This document shows, in pieces, positions 22,536-34,697 of a stretch of 64,000 bases of DNA (positions within the stretch are counted from its first letter, which is position 1; each line of letters opens with the position of its first letter). Where the stretch lies: positions 1,240,001 to 1,304,000 of the forward strand of contig VJWM01000063.1 in the NCBI GenBank assembly GCA_010909165.1. Direction: 5' to 3'. The position numbers and the translations under genes are program-made. The notes under the pieces are model-generated. The model was not told the origin of the DNA. It ran no database searches and worked only from the letters and a program-made list of their open reading frames with translations. The stretch is from Anthoceros angustus. Taxonomy: Eukaryota; Plantae; Anthocerotophyta.

Positions 22536-23756
22536 TCATGATGGACGAAGTTGCAGATCTGCAGCCAAGTACATAATCTTGACCATCCGTTCTGAAAAAG
22601 AGGGAAGCCTCTCGACAAACCGGCGATTCCATGTAGTTTTGGCCATGACAGGTGTTGCAATCGTCTTGTAAACTAGTAAATGACTGAACTGGTTCTTTGG
22701 TTCTCGTGTGGCTGGGCTGTCGGGCATGTGATATCAATTCTACAGAGGAAGTTATGATACTTCTGAACGTCCCAACCCACCGGGTGACAAATATGCGACT
22801 CACGCAGAGTTCCTGCTGTCCTTCGCAGATGCTGCTCCTTCGATGGATGGTTGGTTGTGGGCAGTTGAAGTCGTGGCACACTTATCAGACAGACTAAGCA
22901 ATCCTGCTGCACCACTTGACTTGCAAAAACAGGACGCTGCACTAGCTGGTCCAGTGGCACGGTCTCAGCTTACTTGTAAACAGTGGGCAATAATGGGAGG
23001 CACAGCATATCCTTCGTAGTTCTTGCGTGTGATTTGCGGAGGACAGAAGTCTCACCAACTCTAGCTCCCGGATAGCTGCTCCCCGTCACATGTGTACACT
23101 ACTCTGATCTCCCACAGTCCAGCCTCCCAGTTCTGCCAGCCTTGTACCGAAACGCAGGTGTACCACACTCTGGTTGATGCAACCACTGTGTTTGCATTTA
23201 TAGTGATCAGTGTAGGGCACCCCACCTGGAGCTCTGAGAGCACTTGGCAAATCTCACACGTATGAAGTCTCCCCTGAGCAGTGCAGGACTTGTAAGCCAT
23301 GTGCGAGAAAACGAGGAACGGGACAAGCGGGGACTCCTTGTCAGGACGACAAAAGGTAACCACTCTCATCTGCCTGCAGATTGTGGTTGGCAGAAAAGGA
23401 TGTCCAGCCTCCAGCCATAACACAGCTTAACGTCCCACAGCCCACCAAGTACATGCGCATACAGTATGTACATGTAAACAGACAATCTGAAGCAGCAGCC
23501 CAGAGAGAGACACTTTCATCAGGTTCTGGTTCCGGAGCTCTGCGAATTCAAGCTGCCCCCAATGCATGTGTGTGGCCGCCCACAACACGCTCCGATCACA
23601 ATCTCTCTGTTGGCTGTTAAGTACATAGCAACCACTCCTCGCAGGCCTGCCCGCAGCTGAGGCGAGTGGGGGCATCATGTACAGGCCGTAACAGGCATAG
23701 CATGATGCGTCTCATCAAAGTGCTCCAACGTTCACCAAATCTGTACTGGCCGCCAT
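22536..23756 (-). CDS. Putative multi-exon gene of unknown function
   Basis: Strong donors (TTG|GTGAAC, CAG|GTGGGG, TTG|GTGAGA, TGC|GTGAGT). The last three exons join in frame (AIRELEL-LVQRPVFASQ...GTL-LYKTIATPVMAKTTWNRRFVERLPSFSERMVKIMYLAADLQLRPS*). The middle exons could not be phased. Confidence 0.3.
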
Positions 23757-24855
23757 AGCTCGTGGCCCCCCTGGTAGTTGCGGCCTTGAAGGAGAAGAAT
23801 CCAGGCATCCAGCCACCCACAAACCCCGGAACCCAGCCTGGTCCCATGGGTGGCCCGGCGCGGCCGCCGCGCGTCCGCGACGCATGAAATCTCGGGTCGG
23901 GCAGGGGATCCCGGGCCGGCCATTCCAAATGGCGCGACCCTCTCACCGGACCAAGCTTTAAATGCTGTTTAATGGCGCCTTACTGCGCATCGCGGCGCAT
24001 TGCGTTGCATTTGCGTTGCATTGCACACTGCAAACGCAGGCGCGGAGGCTAAGGGAAAGCCCGGCCTGAGGGCGAGCTTGCATTTTCGTGCGTCTGTGGC
24101 TTCACGACCCGAGCATCGTCCACGCGCTGCACATGGGGTCCCTGCGCGAACGCCTCTGCGGTAAGACATTTTCCGCTCTGCGGTGTGCCGATGATCAGCC
24201 GTCCTGGAGCCTGGAACAGGCTGAAAGGATCGGATCCTTGGAAGCCCGGGTAGAGAGGTCCAGTCGCTGGTTGCACTGCGTCTGAATTTTTCCTGGAAGA
24301 TCACCGGTTATGGCCGCCGGGGCTCGGACTAGCTTGCACCAGTTCTGGACTCCTCGGATTGCGAGAGAAGAGGAAAGGGGAGAGGAAAGGGAGGGGAAAA
24401 GGAGAGGAAAGGGATGTCCTTGTTCTTGCTGCTTCCTTGAACTTTCGCTCTCGGTTTTGCACCGCGGGTCCTTTCGACGTTGAGCATGGATGTTTTGAGA
24501 ATTTTGCGGCGGGCATGCATGTTTGCATGACTGTGTTCTTCGTAGACCTCTTGGAATCTGTTTCTAGGGAATTTGGCCGTGTGTTGCGGTTAGCCTAGAT
24601 GCACTGCGTTTTGAGATGGGAGAGGTAATGTAGGTAGTGGAGTTGTCACATTGAGGTTCCAATTTGGCTGCAGTTTGGGTGGGGCTTGATTGTGGATGCT
24701 CTCTTGGAGAGCACCAGTCTGACTCTCCTTGCGTTTTTTCGCCTCTCAAGATTAGGGGGTTGGAGTAAGCTTCACCAGCTGTCGTGGGAGGACAACTGTT
24801 CTGGCCAATGTATTTGGGGGGATCGGGTCCTGCTTTTGGAAGCATGTATGGAGGT

Positions 24856-26529
24856 ATGGAGGGCGCAAATGAAGGCAGGCGCCGTTTGCTCAACGGGGCG
24901 AGAAATGCCTTTGGCTCCATTGGGGATTGCAGCACCGAAGGGCGTTCCGGTCAGACAGTGGTGTCGGACATGGATGGGACGCTGCTGCGATCCAGAAGCG
25001 CTTTCCCGTATTACATGTTAGTGGCTTTTGAGGCCAGCGGTATGATCCGCTCCTGGTTGCTTCTTATGGTGGCGCCCTTGGCCTGGCTGATGTACCACCA
25101 TGTTGCGGAAGCCATCGGAATTCAGATGCTCATCTTTGTGGCCTTTGCTGGACTCCGGGTGAGCGAGATTGAGTCTGTGGCCAGGGCTGTGCTCCCGAAG
25201 TTTTATGCGGAAGATGTTCACGCCCAGACTTGGAAAGTGTTCCAGAGCTTCGAGAGACGGATAATCCTGACTGCCAACCCGCGGATCATGCTCGAGCCCT
25301 TTGCCAAAGACTATTTGGGTGCGCAACATGTAATCGGCACAGAGGTGCAAGTGGCGAAAGTATGGGGGCGAGAATTCTGTACTGGATTGGTGGCCAGGCC
25401 AGGAGTGATGGTTGGTGTGAAGAAGGAGGTGGCATTGCGACGGGTTCTGGGTGACACAGTAGCGGATGTGGGACTCGGTGATCGGCCTACAGATTTTCCG
25501 TTCATGAGCATGTGTAAGGTCAGTTTTGATTGCGTTCTGCCTGAAGTGTGTTTCCGAAGGGACTCGTCCTGACGAACAAGAGCATTGTAAATTTTGCAGG
25601 AAGGGTACCTTGTGCCGAAAGAGGAGAACGTGGAGGCTGCACCCAGGAGTAGTCTTCGTAAGACCATGTACTTTCACGATGGCCGCTTGGTGCGACGGCC
25701 AGAGCCCAGCGTTGCCTTGTTCACACTCCTCTGGCTACCGATCGGATTTGGGCTTGCATTGTCCAGAATACTCATCGCGACACATGTGCCCAGAAGCTGG
25801 ATTCCCTTCGTCTACTGGATAATGGGCATTCGTTTGTCTGTTAAGGGCAATCCTCCACCACCTGTTCGCACTGGTGCTGCTGGAAAGGGAATTCTGTTCG
25901 TCTGTACTCACCGCACACTTTTAGACCCCGTGTTCCTGTCTGTGGCCCTTGGACGGCATGTTACAGCAGTGACCTACAGCATCAGCCGTGTCTCCGAAGT
26001 ACTGTCACCTATCAAGACGGTACCCCTCACTAGAAACAAGGAGATGGATGCTGCCAATATCCATAAGCTGCTGACTGAAGGAGATGTCGCGATTTGTCCT
26101 GAGGGCACCACCTGCAGAGAGCCTTTCCTGTTGCGCTTCAGTGCTCTATTTGCCGAATTGTCAGACCAGATTGTGCCAGTAGCCATGACGAACAGGCAGA
26201 GTATGTTCCACGCCACAACCGCTAGAGGATGGAAGGCAATGGATCCTTTCTTCTTCTTCATGAATCCCCTTCCCATGTATGAAGTTACCTTCCTGGAGAA
26301 ATTGTCCCCTGCTCAGCTGAGAGGGGCCAAGTACACAGATGCCGAGGGCAAAGAGGGAGAGCTCACAGCAATCGACGTAGCCAACAATGTGCAAAGGCTG
26401 TTGGCTGACGCTTTGGGATTCGAGTGCACAAATCTCACAAGGAAGGAGAAATATAACGCACTTGTAGGGACAGATGGGTTTGTGTCAAATTCAACATCAT
26501 GGAAATTGGGAGGGCTTGTGGGAAGCTAA
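24856..26529 (+). CDS. GPAT: sn-2 glycerol-3-phosphate acyltransferase, GPAT4/6/8 clade (HAD phosphatase + acyltransferase), 2 exons
   Basis: [43 protein letters not shown] (HxxxxD), [10 protein letters not shown]. Intron 25519-25599. Start could be ATG 24808, 24844 or 24856. Confidence 0.95.
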
Positions 26530-26748
26530 ATAAAACGAACAGAACTGCCTACCTTTTCAGGATGTAAACATTATGTAATGGGTAGAGGTATCTTCTACAC
26601 ATTATGATTGATAAAAGACTTCTTTTATATTTTTGTATTGTGATGAATACTTATTCAAATATTTAAAATATCTTTCGATCATGATTAATATCTATGAATA
26701 TTATTGGGTACTTGTTAGGGCCAGGTTTCTACAACGTTTCTACCGTGC

Positions 26749-26890
26749 TTTGGAAGTAGCCTTTGGATCCGGCCCATGTGTAGCCAGTCATCCAGGCAAT
26801 GTTTGGAATTTGGAAGTAGCCTTGGATCCCATGCATGTGTAGCCAAGGCAATGTTTGGAAGTAGCCTGGATGCCGTGGGTGTGTGACCAA
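26749..26890. repeat. Degenerate tandem repeat (TTTGGAAGTAGCCTTGGATCC... x3)
   Basis: Three recurrences of TTTGGAAGTAGCC with TGTGTAGCCA/GGCAATG spacers. Confidence 0.7.
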
Positions 26891-27012
26891 GCATCTAGGC
26901 ATTACAGGCTAGCTATGAGGATGTGTGTGTTATCACTATATGCAAGACAATAACAATTAGGACGGTATTGTCTTATGAGTTCAATGGCAATCTACACAGG
27001 AGCAGGCCATGA

Positions 27013-27127
27013 GCCTGCCTTCCTAGCCCGCAGTCTTGGCCTCTAGGCCACCACCTTGGCTCTAGGCTGCCTTCCTAGCCCACAGTCTTGGCCTTTAGGC
27101 CACCACCCTGGCTCTAGGCTGCCTTCA
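27013..27127. repeat. 52-bp tandem repeat x2.2
   Basis: GGCTGCCTTCCTAGCCC(G/A)CAGTCTTGGCCT(C/T)TAGGCCACCACC(T/C)TGGCTCTA. Confidence 0.9.
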
Positions 27128-28698
27128 TGTGAGAATGTGTGTTACCCTCTTAAGTTTTACCTTACTTAGGAAATGTAATTATAGTGTTAAAATATAGTGG
27201 GATTATTTATTATTATTTATGCTAAAATATAGTGGATTATTTATTATTTATTTATATTAAAATAAATTAGAATGATTTATTATTAAGTTAAAATATTGTT
27301 GGATTATTTACTAATAAATAAAGTTTAATCAAGACAAAAAGATAAATGACCCGCTTAGGCGTTGTGGGATTAACCCTACGTTGATTGAGTTTTTACATAG
27401 TTACTATTTAGTGGTCTCTTTTTGTCATCTCTGTCCCCAACATCCTTAACCATAAATTGAGTAAGATTTAAAATAGTTTTTTTTTTGTCAGGTTCATCAC
27501 AAACCTTGCCCCATTGTGATCAGCTACCTGCGAACTCGAGGACAAAGGAAATGAAAATATAGGAGAGCTGCAAGAAGCTTGGTGAATGGTATTGAACTTG
27601 AAGCAAACAACTCCTCTAGTAGGAGGAGCTCCTCCGTCGTCCTCCTCCGTGAGGAGATCCTCTGTCCCTCTACCTCTTCTGTGGGGATGTCTTATGTCCC
27701 TCAACGTCCTCTGTCCCTCGACATCCTCCGTGAGGAGTTCCTCTGTATGTACAGATGCACACTAGGAAGGTGGAGATGTAAGAGACTTTGGGAGCCTCCG
27801 ACATCAACACGTCCCAGTGGGCAATGGCTTGATAAAAAAGAATGGTAAGAATAGTGCCCCAGTCCAACAAACTTCTCCTGGGACATCTCTCAAATCACGT
27901 GGAGGTGAGAGTTGCCCAAGTTAGTCTTCCTTTTCGCAAAAGTCAAGCCAAGCAAAATCTTGGCGAGGAGGTTCCACTTCCTCTCCTTGAACATGGAGAT
28001 GCTCCAACCATTTCCTAATGACCCAACCTGCTCAGGAGGTCGTAGGAACATCTCCATTGCCCCCTGGGCAACTCATAGACCAAGGTAGGGTTGCGTAATG
28101 CCAAGGTGATATCCTATAGGGCCACTCCATGCCTAGCTCCTTGGCATATGCATGCTTCTTAAAAGCCAACAAATTCCGATGTGAGATTTATATCCATGGG
28201 CTGGCATTCAAATTCCGGCATGGGCCTCTTGCCCCTTTGCTTGGCTATCGAAGTTGGACGAATTGGCTTTCTTCTTCCTCCAGGCTGTGTGGGCGTCCTA
28301 CCACCATCTTGGGCAGCCTTCCCCATCTGCACAATTAGGGCTAAAAACAAGGAAAGAAACTTGGGAGAGGTAAGAGAGGTAGCTAGCTGGCTGGGAGTAT
28401 ATAATGGAGAGCATTTAAGGCAAAGAGAAAAGGACTGGCGAGCAAATGAGGAAGCACAGCTCCTTGCTCTCTTTGACCCCCGTAGTGCCCAAGAGAACTC
28501 TTCCAAGCTGCCTGATTGCTCTCACACCCGTTGCTTTCTCATAGCCTCCAAGCTCCAAATTGGAATTACTACACAAAACAGTAGCCTTGGCCTTCGCTTG
28601 CCGCCACACACCCACACAATCTACACGCTTGCTTGCCTCCACACCACACTCTCACCAGCTCTAGCAATTCGCATGGAGAGACCATAGATGGCTCTCCT

Positions 28699-28742
28699 CC
28701 TAAACTCTAAACCCTAAACCCTAAACCCTAAACCCTAAACCC
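28699..28742. repeat. Interstitial plant telomeric repeat (CCCTAAA)x~6
   Basis: CCTAAA CTCTAAA CCCTAAA x4 CCC, i.e. Arabidopsis-type TTTAGGG on the minus strand. Confidence 0.92.
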
Positions 28743-28850
28743 TTCCTCAGACTTTCTTGGTTGCTTCCACAACACCACACAAAACCCTACTTTACTAGGG
28801 TTTTAGCTTGCAAGTACATGCAGGCCAACCTTATCTGCCAGATACACTTG

Positions 28851-28940
28851 GATTGGATGGCTGACAAGTGTCCTTGCCAACTGTCACGATTCAACGATTG
28901 GATGGCTGACAAGTGTCCTTGCCAACGGCCACGATTCAAC
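28851..28940. repeat. 45-bp tandem duplication
   Basis: GATTGGATGGCTGACAAGTGTCCTTGCCAAC(TGT/GGC)CACGATTCAAC x2. Confidence 0.9.
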
Positions 28941-30539
28941 TGCCAAAACGGGTGCCCATCCTAATTTATCCTAATTACTATGTATGTTTGGATGCATAGC
29001 CATGCAAGCTGGCCCTCCTAGAGCATGTTTTTCAAAACGTGGTCCTACATGCCTGTTCCGGGAACATCCTACCTAGTCTCTTCCTATTTTTTGGTCAGGT
29101 AAATTCTAAAAATTATCTGTAAATCACCAAAATAAAAAAGCTTCTTACCCATTTCTTCTATGATTCTTTCCGTTTCTTCCCATTCTTTCACAAAAATCAG
29201 GTTGCCCAAACTTCTATGTTCCACAGCCGAATGTAACGGTACAACAAGGTGGCCCTCAAGAAATATATATGCTAGCCCAAACGGAATGGTGGAAAGGGAT
29301 GTACAAAGTTAGAATAAATATCATGACTTGGTAACTTGCTCACAAGGACACGCACAACCGACGTTAACCCCCTGATCATTTATTTTACACAACCTAGGTT
29401 AGCAATCTCAGTGTGGTGGACATGTCTGGCTCAACATGTGGAAACTTGCTAAGATAAAAAAGATGAGCAACAACTTGTTCAAAAGCAGATCTTTTTGTCC
29501 TAATATTTATACGTCTTAATTTGTTATGAGAGGTGCACCTTATAGCTAAGGCATCATATTATTATAATTTCAAAATATTTTACAAGTTTTGCATTAAAGT
29601 TCTCAATATTATGTTTTATTGGTGGAGAAATTTCTCTTTAATTTACACTCATGCATTGAATGAAATCTTTTCCATGCTTTCTTTTTCATTCTGATTTGCT
29701 CTTTTATTAAGATTACTTCTGGCTACATCTATGTTGTAGAATCGTAAGATCTTGTACAACCGTCTAGACTTGTTCACCTTCAAAAACGGCTTTTTGGCTC
29801 ATATTATAAACCTTCCAAGTATGTACCGTAGTTTGTGTTCATTTATATTTTTGACGTATTTTTGACGTTACATAATATATCGTTGAAGATGATTGCGGTA
29901 CTCTCTATGCATTGATATTGTAGGATGACGAGAAAGCCACAAAAGAAGTGCGACGATATCATTAAAAAGGGTTCTACGTCCAGTGGTAGCCGCCCTAAAA
30001 AACCTCAAGAGCGTATTCCAGAAGAGGTTGACAGGTGCAATGATAGCTGCCTTCAAAAATCTCGAAAGCCTCAACCAGAAGTTGTGGAAGGGAAATTAAG
30101 ATTCTCGAGGAGTCCCATTAGACTTCAACTGGTCAAATCGGGATTACGTGGGAGGCCTATCAGACGTCACTCGATGATTGTGAAACGCAATTTGGAAGTA
30201 AGTGATTCAATCATGCAAGTTTGGATTCATTAAGTACAAGATTGATTCGAGCTGTTGTTCATATGGACTATTACTACATGTGTGAAGATTTAATGCTCAC
30301 TTCACGTTTTTTGTTTTCTAGAAATTGTACTGTGGAACATGTTTACTTGGTGTTCCGATAACGCTTGAGAGATATGCAACTAAAGAAGAAAAACGGGTAA
30401 ATGTGAACAAACTTTTTTTGGGTGAAAATGTGTTGCAACTTGGGTTTAATAAGAGTAGGTTCATGGTTGTGATAGTTTGTCCTCTCACGAGATTGTAGGA
30501 CGTGCCAAGTAGCCTCAAACGTTTGGCTAAGTATCAAGA

Positions 30540-30741
30540 GGAACACAATCTAGACCACCATGAGTTTGTGGCAGATCTCCTTCCTTAGCTTAGATGTAGA
30601 AGGTTACCATATGACACATTGATGTCTCGTTCTCCTTAAGGAACACAATCTAGACCACCATGAGTTTGTGCCAGATCTCCTTCCTTAGCTTAGATGTAGA
30701 AGGTTACCATATGACACATTGATGTCTCGTTCTCCTTAAGG
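30540..30741. repeat. 100-bp tandem duplication
   Basis: GGAACACAATCTAGACC...CTCCTTAA at 30540 and 30640; one substitution (GTGGCAGA/GTGCCAGA). Confidence 0.93.
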
Positions 30742-31515
30742 TTTCGGCCACGCATAAGGTGGAATGCATATTTTTGCTTGGTATGAGGAGTAACTTAGGT
30801 TTTGGCTAGGTATGAGGAGGAATTCATATTTTAGCTAAGGAGGAGGAGCAATTCACAATTTAAATTGTCACTCTTGCTAGCTTTTCAAAGCCTGAGAGCC
30901 AAATTGTTGTCTTCCAATTACAAGTTCTCTCTTATTGCACAAGGTAGTTTTTTTAGCTTTCTAGGAGCAGTGTTGCCCTTTCGCTATTCGCTAGGGTTTT
31001 TCTCTTGATTAACAAAGCTGAGGTAATCAATATATATATATATAACCTAGGAGCCTATTGCTTTGACAGTTTCGTTCGACTTGTTGCCTTCCTTACCGGC
31101 CGGTTCGCTCTACTTGGCCAAGATAGATTTTTTAGCTTTTTAAAAGCCGAGTTGCTATTTTTCTATTTAATTTTCTGTGATTTTTACCTTGATTAATATG
31201 CTGAGGTTTTATATATATATATATATATATGTATATAACCTAGAAGCTTATGGGTTTGACAATTTCATTTGAGGTTACATGTGATTAAATAAGCTTGGTT
31301 GTACTTTTTCTTACTTTATTTATGCTTGATTTTAACACTAAGAAATTTGTAGTATTCTTGTAATTAGGTAAGTTGAACGCGGTAAATTATTAGCTGCAAA
31401 AAATTCTACCGATGATATGAACTGTAAATTGCTAGTCCTAAGATGTGTAGTAATGACAATGCAAGGTGTTGTACTTGAAGCAATACATACATATTTAGTT
31501 TACATACATAAAATA

Positions 31516-31693
31516 CACCAGTGTTAAGTAGGCCCTTCCCTATCTCGAACGGCCACATCTTGGGGGCGGTTGGGGGGTTAAAGGGTAGATTAGTGCGGGG
31601 ACACGCCCCCCGGCGCCTGATGCCCGGTCGGTGGGTTGTCTCCACTTGGGGGTAGATGGGATTTCCCATCTTGTTCTTTTTATAAAGTCTCCA
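31516..31693 (+). mobile_element. Short 3'-terminal fragment of the same CRE-like family as 8579-9600
   Basis: GTAGGCCCTTCCCTATCTCGAACGGCCACATCTTGGGGGCGGTTG and TTGGGGGTAGATGGGATTTCCCATCTTGTTCTTTTTATAAAGTCTCCA match the minus strand of 8579-8770. Confidence 0.65.
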
Positions 31694-32256
31694 CATTCCC
31701 ATAAAGTACATCAATTTCCGACAAATTTAACATAAATGATCATCATAGGCTCCTTTTTTAGACTGTAATGGCAAGTATTACAATCTTATTCTGATGATAT
31801 ATGATATATCCCCGGGAGAAGCCATTATATCAACTGGTCATGGATAAACTTTTTATGCCTAAGTTTTATTTTCCGAGTTCTTTTACATTATTGAGTTCAT
31901 ATAAAGAGTTAAAAATGTCAACTTTGTTCCTTGCAAGTTGGGAGACTACCTCGTCACGGCGATGTTGTGATACTTGTTGGTGATACTGTGGTGTTAAACT
32001 TATGTGGTGATACCTGTTTGATCGTTTCATCTGTCCCTTGTCGTATTTGTGTCTCTTTGAAGCGGCATCGGTTTTTGGGCACCCAGTCATAGATGTTCAG
32101 ACTTGGTCTCTGTCCGCCTCCGTCGCATGGGAAGAGCCACAAACAAATGCCAAATTGGAAGCTCTAGGGTTTCAGTATGCTGTGATGTAGGATTCCAGCA
32201 AGGAAGAGATGCCAGTTGAAATGACGTCATGGTGAATTTGGATTCAGCAGGATGCT

Positions 32257-33990
32257 ATGGAGCCTGTGTCGTTGCTTGCACCAAGCACCAGTGTCGCATT
32301 GATGGTGGCAGACGACAAGGGCGCTGAAGACGCATCCTGTGCAAAAGACAAGAGAGTGTGCGCAGCGCAAGTGGGCCTGGAACAATCGCGGAGAGGCTGT
32401 TCCCTCGAGCCTTCCTTGCCAGAAGAAGCAGGTGGTTGGGTAGAGGTGTCAGCTGACGCGGGTGTTTCACAGGAAACTGATGGGACCTTGCGTAAGAAGG
32501 TGGCATTCAGCGTGCCTTTGGAGAGTGGCAAGAGTCAGAAGTCCGGGTTCTGGTCTGTTGTCAGGGACTCGTTGAATGCGGGGGAGACAAAAGGGGTGTC
32601 TGGTGAAGATGATAAGCAGGGCAAGGGCAAGGGCAAGGGGTTCAGCCTCGCCATGGATGAGTGCTCCACAGCCTTGAAAGCCTTGCTTGATGCAGGGCCG
32701 CCTCAGTGGATGCCTGATAGCGCTGCTTTCGCGTGTATGCAATGCGGTGAGTCGTTTCGGCCGCTCACTTGCGGCAGGCACCATTGCCGCTTCTGTGGGG
32801 GCCTCTTCTGTCGCTCATGCTCAAGTGCCCGCTGTTTGTTGCCTGTCAGATTCCTGACCAGGGATCCGCAACGAGTATGTGATAGTTGTTATGAGAGGTT
32901 GGAACCAATACAGGCAACACTGATGACCAGTGTGAGCAACGCTTCGCAGCTTGCCACGCATGATGTCACCGACTCTAGCTGCATGAGGGGTTGGGTGAAC
33001 AGCCCCTTAGGGCTATCAATGCAGCAAGAGATCTACAAAGCCACCAACACTCTCCGCAATTACTCTGACCAGGTGCTGCTTCCCATTTGCTCCCTTCCAG
33101 CACTGCCCTTCCTAAGCCACTTTTCCATGCTCCCTTCATCCCCCGGTGATGAAGATTCTTCTGAGCTTCAAGGCTACATTGCAGTGTTCTGCTCTCGTGA
33201 GCAGTTCTTCACCTATTTTGTAACTCTTACAGATCGGCAAGCTAGAACCAGAGAAATCGATACCTGACTCTGTGCTGAGAGGAGCCAAAGGACTGGCCAT
33301 CATCACAGAGATCAAAGCAGGGGTGGTTGTCACCTACAAGGTGGGCACTGGGCTGGTGGTTGCTCGCAGGGTGGACGGCTCCTGGTCTTCACCGTCTGCC
33401 ATAGTCTCCTGTGGGCTGGGGTGGGGACCCCAGGTGAACACGCCACCGTCACGCGCATCCCCTGCTCCCTGCCTCCCACATGCCCTAACTGCCACTATCT
33501 GTTGCAGGTTGGCGGAGAACTGACGGACTTCATCATCGTGCTTCAAACCAAGCGAGCAGTAAAGGCCTTTGGAGGCCGTGTCCACCTCTCCATGGGCGCT
33601 GGCCTCAGTGCAGCAGTCGGGCTTGTGGGTAGAGTCGCAGAGGCAGACGTGCGAGCTGGAGATGGCGGTGCAGCTGCCTGTTACACCTACAGCTGTAGCA
33701 AAGGTCTCTGAGTTCAGCGTTCAGGCCCGTCAGGTGAGCTACCGTCATCCAGCACCACAAGTGCGTACCACTCATTTCTTGCGTGTGATGCTGCAGGAGC
33801 CTTTGTGGGCTGTTCTCTGGAAGGAAATGTCGTTGCCACCCGGTATGCCATGAACACACGCTTTTATGGAGACCCGTGTGTCACAGCCCACGACATCCTC
33901 TTCGGGCCAGTTCCCAGACCTAAGGCAGCTGCACCCTTGTACTCAGTCCTTAACGCCCTCTTCCGTCAGGTCGACCTTGAATCCAGCTAG
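32257..33990 (+). CDS. FYVE zinc finger + Ysc84/SYLF actin- and lipid-binding domain protein (SH3YL1-like)
   Basis: WMPDSAAFACMQC...RHHCRFCGGLFCRSCS...RVCDSC (FYVE), then IPDSVLRGAKGLA...GTGLVVARR..GSWSSPSAI...GGELTDFIIVL...GAFVGCSLEG (SYLF). Four exons. Confidence 0.92.
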
Positions 33991-34359
33991 CAAGTGCCAG
34001 TCTTTTGCCAATTCTCTGATTGAACTTCCGGATTCTTCTCAGCCCCACAGGGAACCTAGGTTCTGGTCTTGTCAGATACAGCTGTCGGATGAAAATCCTT
34101 CCCATCGACCTGGATACACCACCTCTACATGATACATCTCTCGTATACATACTTACACACGAGGAACATACATACCCTAACAAAAGCACATCGTCCATTA
34201 GCGAAAAACGAACAAGGAGGGTGGCAATCATCTCTGTGTCTGTGCAACAACCTCAATCCGCTGTGCAATGCAGCCAGATGCGACCATCTCTGAAGCCAGT
34301 GAGACATGCTTCATGAGCATTATGAAACTAGTTACAGCTGCTGGCTACCTACTGGCTAG

Positions 34360-34656
34360 CTACTCCTTGGGAGCGGCAGCCGCAGCTGCAGTCTCGAGCT
34401 TGGGAGTGTCGTGGGACACATAAGGCTTGAAGCTGCAGGTGGAGAGATCAGGAACGATGTATTTGGGGAGCTTCTCCTCCATGAACTGGTAGCCTCCCTT
34501 GCGAGTGTGGCGGCCGGTGGAGATGCAGCCCTTGCCCTTGTAGAAGTTCTTGGGCCCTCTCTTGGAGGTGAGCACCTTCTGCCCCCTGGTGGGCACACGC
34601 CGCCCGATACCCATCAGTGCCTGCATCGCCCGCATCGCCTGCCCCAGCTGCACCAT
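34360..34656 (-). CDS. MRPL41: Mitochondrial ribosomal protein mL41 (yeast MRPL27 family), intronless
   Basis: LTSKRGPKNFYKGKGCISTGRHTRKGGY...PKYIVPDL...FKPYVS. Confidence 0.92.
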   Translation of the reverse strand: MVQLGQAMRAMQALMGIGRRVPTRGQKVLTSKRGPKNFYKGKGCISTGRHTRKGGYQFMEEKLPKYIVPDLSTCSFKPYVSHDTPKLETAAAAAAPKE

Positions 34657-34697
34657 TTCCCTCCTCCGTGTGCGCCAAACCCTACCGCAACACGGCG

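Noticed and set aside
27468-28690. Possible decayed retroelement accessory ORF on the minus strand (MGKAAQDGGRTP...TLVYEL)
   Set aside because: Many stops and no diagnostic motif; the family cannot be supported without a search.
29868-30546. Lys-rich 102-aa ORF and neighbours
   Set aside because: No recognisable domain and an AT-rich decayed context; probably transposon debris.
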